Source of the DNA: an uncultured Candidatus Saccharibacteria bacterium
Lineage (GTDB): Bacteria > Patescibacteriota > Minisyncoccia > Phycocordibacterales > UBA9973
Direction of reading: 5' to 3'
Assembly: GCA_964356285.1 (NCBI GenBank)
Contig: CAYHGI010000002.1
Span: forward strand, 1-51,514
DNA length: 51,514 nt
Below the pieces are notes generated by a model, which saw only the letters and a program-made list of their open reading frames with translations, made no database searches and was not told where the DNA came from. Made by a program: the position numbers and the translations under genes. This document shows, in pieces, positions 46,501-51,514 of the stretch. Each line of letters starts with the position of its first letter. Position 1 is the first letter of the stretch.

Positions 46501-46592
46501 TAAGAAACAAGACTATTATTAAATATATCGGGAATAAAATTCCCCTAAAAGCGATTTACGTGAAAAATAGACTTATCAACATAGTTATTTAG
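43581..46592 (+). CDS. leuS: leucine--tRNA ligase carrying multiple in-frame insertions, including a Nudix domain
   Basis: 'HVGH', 'TTRPDT', 'GTGAIMGVPAHDERDFEFA', 'RDWIFSRQRYWGEPIP' and 'KMSKS'. Start set to the ATG at 43581. 1003 aa. Confidence 0.9.
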   Translation: MREYDHKKIEKKWQNEWKKKGTYHAKNFSKKSKFYSLIEFPYPSGDGLHVGHIRSNTAMDIISRKRRMEGFNVLYPIGWDAFGLPTENYAIKTGIHPIKVTKDNTDIFRRQLKAMGFSFDWSREINTTDPKYYKWTQWIFLQFLKKGLAYKAKMTINWCPKDKIGLANEEVIDGKCERCGTAVEKREKEQWMLAITKYADRLYKDLDDVDYLPQIKLGQRNWIGKSEGALINFQLSISNFQKNKIVSARKVLAEYVEVFTTRPDTIFGVTFLAVAPLVAKKLTGKDFGIKVDIDRENKEKVGIDTGLKAKNPANGEMVPVFVVNYVSAEYGTGAIMGVPAHDERDFEFAKKYGLEIKNVIEPVFTDEPKAGIPFIDRNAIHAILKHWSEEKYLVLLWKKVDWVTFVTGGVERGENPLQAAIREIKEETGYLNLKLKKELPASHSKFYHIPKKENRFAHFSNFYFELENGQQEELSEDEKSNHELKWVSPDELEKIMKIKGALRDWKVLRGKEEVYIGEGLLTNSSQFDGMDSEKAKKEITKFVGGKEKVTFKLRDWIFSRQRYWGEPIPVVYCLSKGSPCSNTWVPVPEKDLPVELPKVKNYQPTESGESPLANISKWVNVKCPKCKGPAKRETDTMPNWAGSSWYYLRYTDPKNSKEFASKKNLKYWLTSPRPSPKERAPSLLGKAEEEMGGVDWYNGGNEHTTLHLLYSRFWHKFLYDLKLVPTSEPYMKRTSHGMILGEGGVKMSKSLGNVINPDDIVKTYGADTLRIYEMFMGPFDQSVAWSTESIIGARRFIERVWNLQYKISPQPSPFKREGSPFSFQGKAGDEVERLMHQTIKKATEDIEAMKFNTAISTLMIFVNEVGKLDSISRDVYKKFLKLLSPFAPHIAEELWQNLTSPRPSPKERGKFKVFPFGGGAEEVRSIHLSNWPKWDESLIQDEEIKIAVQVNGKVRTEIIIQTDEQEEIVKQKALRNKTIIKYIGNKIPLKAIYVKNRLINIVI
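44320..44340. repeat. 21-nt 8-5-8 palindrome CCGCTAGG-AAAGT-CCTAGCGG in-frame in leuS
   Basis: Same architecture and similar core (AGG-N5-CCT) as the GAGCAAGG palindrome. It lies in an extra segment before 'TTRPDT'. Confidence 0.7.
45302..45322. repeat. 21-nt perfect palindrome GAGCAAGG-GTAGT-CCTTGCTC in-frame in leuS
   Basis: Encodes part of 'CLSKGSPCSN'. Deleting the 21 nt leaves the frame intact (..C L N T W..). Confidence 0.9.
45588..45659 (+). repeat. 72-nt GC-rich palindromic element, copy 1, in-frame in leuS
   Basis: TCACCCCGTCCCTCTCC-CAA-GGAGAGGG...CCTTCCC-TTTT-GGGGAAGG...GGAGGAAG. Encodes TSPRPSPKERAPSLLGKAEEEMGG. Confidence 0.8.
46002..46073 (+). repeat. 72-nt GC-rich palindromic element, copy 2, in-frame in leuS
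   Basis: TCACCCCAGCCCTCTCC...GAGAGGG...GGGGAAGGCGGGGGATGAGG. Encodes SPQPSPFKREGSPFSFQGKAGDEV. Confidence 0.8.
46275..46346 (+). repeat. 72-nt GC-rich palindromic element, copy 3, in-frame in leuS
   Basis: ACCTCACCCCGACCCTCTCC-AAAA-GAGAGGG...CTTCCCC-TTTG-GGGGAGG..GCGGAGGAA. Encodes TSPRPSPKERGKFKVFPFGGGAEE. Confidence 0.8.
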
Positions 46593-46600
46593 TCTGGCAT

Positions 46601-46630
46601 TTGCATTTTTCCGTTTAGATATAGTACAAT
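46601..46630 (+). promoter_or_regulatory. promoter TTGCAT-18-TACAAT, 7 nt before the ATG at 46638
   Basis: -35 at 46601-46606, -10 at 46625-46630. Confidence 0.5.
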
Positions 46631-46637
46631 AAGCCTC

Positions 46638-48746
46638 ATGTATACAAATATATTTGACCGTCTTTCGTTTTTGTCGCTTTTTTTAATCATAATATTATTA
46701 CCGCTTTTCTTTTTGCCTTTCTCTAATATTCCGGTCGAAACTTCCAAAGGATTGCTTTTAGTGGCGGGATTGGCTGTTTGCGTTATTTGTTGGGGTCTGG
46801 CTCGTTTCTTTGACGGTAAAATGAGCTTTCCCAGATCCGCTTCTTTATTGGGAGCTGGGGGAGTTGTTTTAGCCTTTTTTCTTTCAGCCTTTTTCCTAAA
46901 AACTTCGCAAGTCTCTTTTTTTGGCACGATGTTTGATATTGGCACTTTTTGGTTTATTTTCGCCGGTTTTCTTTTGTTGCTTATGTCCGCTATTATTTTG
47001 CGGGATTCCAAAAAAGCCAAGATAGTTTTATTCGGAGCGGTGCTTTCCGGCGCGGTCGTTTTGATTTTTCAAATCGCTCGTTTATTTATACCCGAAATTT
47101 TATCCTTGGGAATTTTGGCTGGCAAGACGGATAATCTTTTGGGGTCTTGGAATGCGCTCGGAATTTTTGCCGGTTTTTCCGCTCTGATGTCGCTTTTGGT
47201 GGTTGAATTTTTTTTAACCACTCGAGTAGAAAAATTAATACTCCAGATATTGACCATTCTTTCGATGGTAGTAGTGGCGGCGGTGAATTTTCCGTTGGTT
47301 TGGGGACTGCTTGGAATTTCGTCTTTAATTATTTTTGTTTACAAAATTTCGATTACCTCTAAAGAAAAGACGACCGAAGGGACTGCGGCCGCCAAAAGCG
47401 AGAAAGTTTATTTTCCTGCGCTTTCTTTTACTATCATTATGATCACGCTTTTATTTTTTATCTCCGGAGACTTTATCGGAGGAATTTTGCCGAACAGTCT
47501 GGGACTGCAAAACACGGAAGTCAGTCCTTCTTTTACGGCCACCATGGGAGTTGTCAAATCAGTTCTTAAAGAGAATCCGATCCTTGGCATCGGTCCGAAC
47601 AAATTTGCGGAAGCTTGGGCAATGTACAAACCTCTGGCGATCAACTCGACTCCTTTTTGGGATGTATCTTTCAATTCAGGTTCAGGGTTACTGCCTACTT
47701 TTGCCGCCACGACCGGGTATTTTGGAATTCTAGCATGGCTTGCGTTTTTTATTTTATTCATAATGAATGGTGTCAGGTCAATTTTTTCCAGTGTTAGAAA
47801 CGGCATCAATTGGGAAGCAATAGCATTTTTTATATTGTCTTCTTACTTATTTGTTTCTTGTTTTTTCTATTCGGGAGGAGTAGCGTTATTTTTACTGGCT
47901 CTGGCCTTTGCCGGAGCGTTCATCGGGCTCTCTGCGTCTGAGCACCATAAAGGAGAAATTTTGATATCTTATCTAAATGACCATCGAAAAAGTTTTTTCT
48001 CCATATTATCTATTGTTCTCATCATCATTATTTCGGCCGCTGGCTCACTCAAATATGTAGAACGTCTTGTTTCTGTTTCTTATTTTGGAAAAGCGCTAAC
48101 CGCTCCGACTGTTCCAGAGGCGGAAGCTTCTATCGGCAGAGCTTTGACACTTTACGAAAATGATTTATATTTGCGCGCTTACGCCCAAATTTATCTTGTG
48201 AAATTAAATTCTCTAGCTGCCAAAGACGCCGCTGCTTTATCTGACGAAGATAAAGCACTTTTACAGTCGAGTTTGGATCAAGCGGTCAATGGCGCGCAAT
48301 TAGCGATATCCTATAATCCAAAAAATTATTTAAATTTTCAGGCGCTCGGTTCTGTCTATCAGAGGCTTGCTTCATTAGGCGTCAAGGATGCTTACGGTAA
48401 AGCAATTGAAGCTTTCACAACAGCCTTGACTCTTAATCCACTTAATCCGGGACTCAAACTGAACATGGCGAGTGTGTCTATGACCAATCAAAAAACAAAA
48501 GAAGCGAAAGATTATGCCAAAGCCGCGCTGGCTCTGAAAGCGGACTATCTAGACGCGTACGTGATTCTTTCCCAGATAGCCAAAAACGAAGGCGATAACT
48601 CAGCCGCGCTCTCTTACGCGCAAACAGCCCTTTCTCTTTCTCCAACGAACGCAGATTTGATAAAATTTGTTGATTCTATAAAAAATCCAACTGCCGCTTC
48701 GGCTCCAATAGCGCCAGCGCCAGCTTCCAACAAGCCTAAAAAATAG
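46638..48746 (+). CDS. polytopic membrane protein with C-terminal TPR repeats (O-antigen ligase/polymerase-like architecture)
   Basis: ~11 hydrophobic segments followed by TPR-like repeats (LYENDLYLRAYAQIYL..., AIEAFTTALTLNPLNP..., ALSYAQTALSLSPTN). Confidence 0.65.
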   Translation: MYTNIFDRLSFLSLFLIIILLPLFFLPFSNIPVETSKGLLLVAGLAVCVICWGLARFFDGKMSFPRSASLLGAGGVVLAFFLSAFFLKTSQVSFFGTMFDIGTFWFIFAGFLLLLMSAIILRDSKKAKIVLFGAVLSGAVVLIFQIARLFIPEILSLGILAGKTDNLLGSWNALGIFAGFSALMSLLVVEFFLTTRVEKLILQILTILSMVVVAAVNFPLVWGLLGISSLIIFVYKISITSKEKTTEGTAAAKSEKVYFPALSFTIIMITLLFFISGDFIGGILPNSLGLQNTEVSPSFTATMGVVKSVLKENPILGIGPNKFAEAWAMYKPLAINSTPFWDVSFNSGSGLLPTFAATTGYFGILAWLAFFILFIMNGVRSIFSSVRNGINWEAIAFFILSSYLFVSCFFYSGGVALFLLALAFAGAFIGLSASEHHKGEILISYLNDHRKSFFSILSIVLIIIISAAGSLKYVERLVSVSYFGKALTAPTVPEAEASIGRALTLYENDLYLRAYAQIYLVKLNSLAAKDAAALSDEDKALLQSSLDQAVNGAQLAISYNPKNYLNFQALGSVYQRLASLGVKDAYGKAIEAFTTALTLNPLNPGLKLNMASVSMTNQKTKEAKDYAKAALALKADYLDAYVILSQIAKNEGDNSAALSYAQTALSLSPTNADLIKFVDSIKNPTAASAPIAPAPASNKPKK

Positions 48747-48830
48747 ATCCCGTTAGAAGTTCAATAATGGATGAAAATAAAATAAAAATTATTTATGAAA
48801 GCTTCTAACGGGATAGATTTCTAACGGGAT
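48747..48830 (+). promoter_or_regulatory. 13-bp inverted repeat plus a duplicated right arm overlapping the murJ start codon
   Basis: ATCCCGTTAGAAG (48747-48759) pairs with CTTCTAACGGGAT (48802-48814). A second copy, TTTCTAACGGGAT (48818-48830), includes the AT of the ATG at 48829. Confidence 0.45.
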
Positions 48831-50571
48831 GGAGAAAATATTGAGAATTTTTAGCAAAGAATCTGTGAGCATAAATCAAGCAGCGCTTTTTTTGGGTTCT
48901 TTCACGATACTCTCTCAAGTTTTAGCGCTCTTTAGGGATCGCTCAATAGCTCATTTTATCGGCCCTTCATCGACACTCGACGCTTATTACGCGGCTTTTC
49001 GCGTGCCGGACCTTATTTTTATTTGCATCGCGTCTCTGGCTTCTATAACCGTACTTATTCCTTTTATTGTTGCCAGAATGCCTGCTCGCAATGCTGCGCA
49101 TAACATTACAGGCGGGGGGCCTGCCCGTCAATTAGCAGGCGAAAACAGTGAAAAAGTTACGGATGAAGCGCGAAAATATTTAAATGATATTTTTACCGTT
49201 TTTTTTCTGGTCATAACGGCCGTTTCTCTTGTTGCCTTCTTTCTGATGCCGTACTTGACGCCGGCTATCGCTCCCGGTTTTACTCCTCTTATGCAGTCAA
49301 AAGTAATCGAGCTTTCACGCATCATGTTATTATCGCCCATTTTAATGGGCCTTTCCAATCTTTTTGGGGCAGTGACTCAGCTTTTTCGGAGGTTTTTCGT
49401 TTATGCCTTAAGCCCGATTTTTTACAATATCGGAATTATCATCGGTGTCATATTTTTGTATCCAATTTTTGGAGTTTATGGGCTGGCTTTTGGCGTTGTT
49501 TTAGGGGCGCTTATGCATTTTGGAGTACAAACGTTTGCCTCCAGCGCTCTTGGATTTACGCCGAGATTTTCTTTGTCTGTTAATTTTTCGAACATAAAAA
49601 CTATTGTCCGGACATCGCTTCCGAGAACTCTCGGTTTAGCTTTTAACAATATCGCTCTTATTTCTATTATTGCTCTTGCTTCTTTTCTAAAAAGCGGGTC
49701 TATTTCAATTTTTAATCTTTCCTTCAGCCTTCAATCAGTGCCGCTTAATATCATTGGCATCTCTTACGCGGTAGCCGCTTTCCCAACTTTAGCCCAATCT
49801 TTTTCTCTTGGGAAAATAGATGAATTTAAAAATCATCTCCGGTCGGCCGCGCGGGCGATAATTTTTTGGTCTCTGCCAGTCACTTTTCTTTTTATCGTGC
49901 TTCGCGCGCAGATTGTGCGGGTAGTACTTGGTTCTGGAAGTTTTTCTTGGGACAATACCCGCCTAGTAGCGGCCTCACTGGCGATTTTTTCCGTTTCCGT
50001 CATTGCCCAGGGCATGATTGCTCTTTTGTCCCGTTCTTACTATGCGATGGGTAATACCAAGCGTCCGCTGATAGTTAATTTTTCTTGCTCCGTTTTAATT
50101 ATAATTTTGTCCTATATATTTATCCTTCTTTTTGAAAATGCGCCGGTCTTCCGCTATTTTATAGAGTCAATGCTCAAAGTAAGTGATATTTCCGGCACAG
50201 AAGTCCTTATGCTGCCACTCGCTTATTCCGTCGGTTCTATTTTAAATTTTATTTTACACTCCATTTTTGCGAAAAAAGACTTTATGCCAAACGAATCTTT
50301 TATTACTAAAACTTTTTTCCAAAGTCTCGGCGCTTCGTTTTTCTTGGGACTAGCGGCCTATATCAGCTTGAATATTTTCTCTCCTATTTTCGGCACAACT
50401 ACTTTCTGGGGAGTATTCTGGCAGGGTTTTATCTCCGGCATTATAGGCATAATAGCCGCTATTTTGGTGTTATATCTTTTGAAAAGCGAGGAGCTGAAAG
50501 ATATCGCCAAAGTTCTGCAAACTAAATTCTGGCGCGCAAAAGTTATCGCTCCATCCCAAGAAGGGCTTTGA
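48829..50571 (+). CDS. murJ: lipid II flippase MurJ (MviN family)
   Basis: N-terminal 'LALFRDRSIAHFIG...LDAYYAAFRVPDLIF'. ~14 TM segments. Confidence 0.85.
   Translation: MEKILRIFSKESVSINQAALFLGSFTILSQVLALFRDRSIAHFIGPSSTLDAYYAAFRVPDLIFICIASLASITVLIPFIVARMPARNAAHNITGGGPARQLAGENSEKVTDEARKYLNDIFTVFFLVITAVSLVAFFLMPYLTPAIAPGFTPLMQSKVIELSRIMLLSPILMGLSNLFGAVTQLFRRFFVYALSPIFYNIGIIIGVIFLYPIFGVYGLAFGVVLGALMHFGVQTFASSALGFTPRFSLSVNFSNIKTIVRTSLPRTLGLAFNNIALISIIALASFLKSGSISIFNLSFSLQSVPLNIIGISYAVAAFPTLAQSFSLGKIDEFKNHLRSAARAIIFWSLPVTFLFIVLRAQIVRVVLGSGSFSWDNTRLVAASLAIFSVSVIAQGMIALLSRSYYAMGNTKRPLIVNFSCSVLIIILSYIFILLFENAPVFRYFIESMLKVSDISGTEVLMLPLAYSVGSILNFILHSIFAKKDFMPNESFITKTFFQSLGASFFLGLAAYISLNIFSPIFGTTTFWGVFWQGFISGIIGIIAAILVLYLLKSEELKDIAKVLQTKFWRAKVIAPSQEGL
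49080..49140. repeat. GC-rich nested palindrome inside murJ
   Basis: Outer stem GCCTGCT/AGCAGGC and inner stem CAGGC-GGGGG-GCCTG. Encodes roughly 'PARNAAHNITGGGPARQLAG'. Confidence 0.5.
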
Positions 50572-50616
50572 AATACGGACTTTTCCTGGTAGAATAAAAA
50601 ATCGCCGAAAATATTT

Positions 50617-51514
50617 ATGCAACCTAAAAAAACCTCAACTTTAAGGCGTATTGCCTTTTTTTTTCGAAACAGCAAAAAAAAGATTTTTCTGCTATTCATC
50701 CTTATAGTTGCTTCCCAAGCAGCTAGTATTGCGGTTCCCTTCATCTCGAAAATTCTCATCGATTCACTCACAAATTTTATTAGAAACGGCGGAGTGTTTC
50801 CCGTAAATGTTTTGTTGTATGCTTCTCTAGGAATTTTAATTGTTACACTTTTTAGTAATATACTGCATTCTAATTACAATTATAATCTTTTCCAGATAGC
50901 AACTAAAATTGAAGATGAAGTAAAAAATAAAGCTTTTGGGAAATATATGTTGCTGCATTCTCTATTTCACCATGGCGCTTCAAGTGGTCAGATTATAGGA
51001 CGTATAGACCGTGGAGCAACTTCTATATTCAATATTCTCTATGACATAATTGGACAGAATTTTGTACCGCCAATCGTGATTTTTATCGGCGCATTTATTG
51101 CTCTCTTGTATTCAAACATATGGATCGCCTTAGCTGTTCTCATACCATTTCCTATTTACATATTGGCTACTCGCAGTATCGCAAATAAGATATATTTAAT
51201 TGAACAGCAGGCTAATGATGCATTTGAAGCTGTTTCGAAAGAGATGTATGATGTGGCCGGGAATATTCTTACCGTTAAGAAATTTTCTCAAGAAACGGTG
51301 GAGACTCAAAATAATAAAAAATTACTCTCGGATGCTCGCCAAGTCCAATACAGCGCGGAACGTCTATGGCAACGCGTTGAAAATATTCAATCAATAATAA
51401 CAACTACCGGTCGAGTGGCGATACTTGCTCTATCTGCATTTTTTGTTTTGAGAGGGACAGCTACTATTGGCCAGTTTGTTTTATATGTGACACTCCAAAA
51501 TATGGCTTATCAGC
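50617..51514 (+). CDS. ABC transporter permease/ATPase (MsbA-like exporter), 5' partial; runs off the window
   Basis: My translation from the ATG at 50617 is open to the end of the window (MQPKKTSTLRRIAFFFRNSKKKIFLLFILIVASQAASIAVPF...). It shows a six-TM ABC_membrane pattern. It is absent from the track because no stop codon is reached. Confidence 0.75.
   Translation, partial: MQPKKTSTLRRIAFFFRNSKKKIFLLFILIVASQAASIAVPFISKILIDSLTNFIRNGGVFPVNVLLYASLGILIVTLFSNILHSNYNYNLFQIATKIEDEVKNKAFGKYMLLHSLFHHGASSGQIIGRIDRGATSIFNILYDIIGQNFVPPIVIFIGAFIALLYSNIWIALAVLIPFPIYILATRSIANKIYLIEQQANDAFEAVSKEMYDVAGNILTVKKFSQETVETQNNKKLLSDARQVQYSAERLWQRVENIQSIITTTGRVAILALSAFFVLRGTATIGQFVLYVTLQNMAYQ

Noticed and set aside
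1-51514. CRISPR arrays, rRNA genes, or alternative genetic code (UGA sense, as in some CPR lineages)
   Set aside because: No regularly spaced direct repeats were seen and no rRNA-like segments. TGA terminates well-supported genes (for example the ychF stop at 41675-41677, overlapping the next start), and the long conserved ORFs read through under the standard code.

Overview
AT-rich bacterial window with standard genetic code (TGA is used as a stop). The gene content suggests a Patescibacteria/CPR (Parcubacteria-like) genome: split transketolase, a compact YchF, lamin-tail-domain and DUF5671-like proteins, a GH130 operon and almost no Shine-Dalgarno sites. That taxonomic placement is inference only. 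Layout: (1) 1-13.8 kb is an accessory defence/mobile island. It holds a Type III Res-like helicase-nuclease, a DUF3800 protein and a minus-strand module with both a large serine recombinase and a tyrosine integrase. It also holds a nuclease-methyltransferase plus S subunit R-M system (BcgI/Type IIB-like or HsdR-less Type I) followed by three small genes (PD-(D/E)xK-like, HEPN-like, unknown). The island ends at a tRNA-Arg(TCT). (2) 13.9-14.7 kb is a noncoding, hairpin-dense region with candidate ncRNAs. (3) 14.7-51.5 kb is core genome. It contains envelope genes, a mannoside/GH130 operon, hpf, the def-fmt-hisS-lepB block, pth, dnaE and gap. It also contains a Fic gene, a pentose-phosphate cluster (rpiB, rpe-like, split tkt), ychF, leuS, murJ and a partial ABC exporter. 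The most unusual observations are these. (a) leuS carries an in-frame ~150-aa insertion with a perfect Nudix box. (b) leuS also carries three in-frame 72-nt GC-rich palindromic elements, and similar GC-rich hairpin inserts lie in fmt and murJ. (c) A perfect 21-nt palindrome occurs identically at three loci, two of them in-frame inside CDSs. (d) The R-M methyltransferase has a ~140-nt leader with mutually exclusive pairings. (e) At least eight genes have a -10 box 6-8 nt upstream of the ATG, suggesting leaderless mRNAs. No CRISPR array or rRNA gene was seen. All family calls rest on motifs read by eye; no database search was possible.
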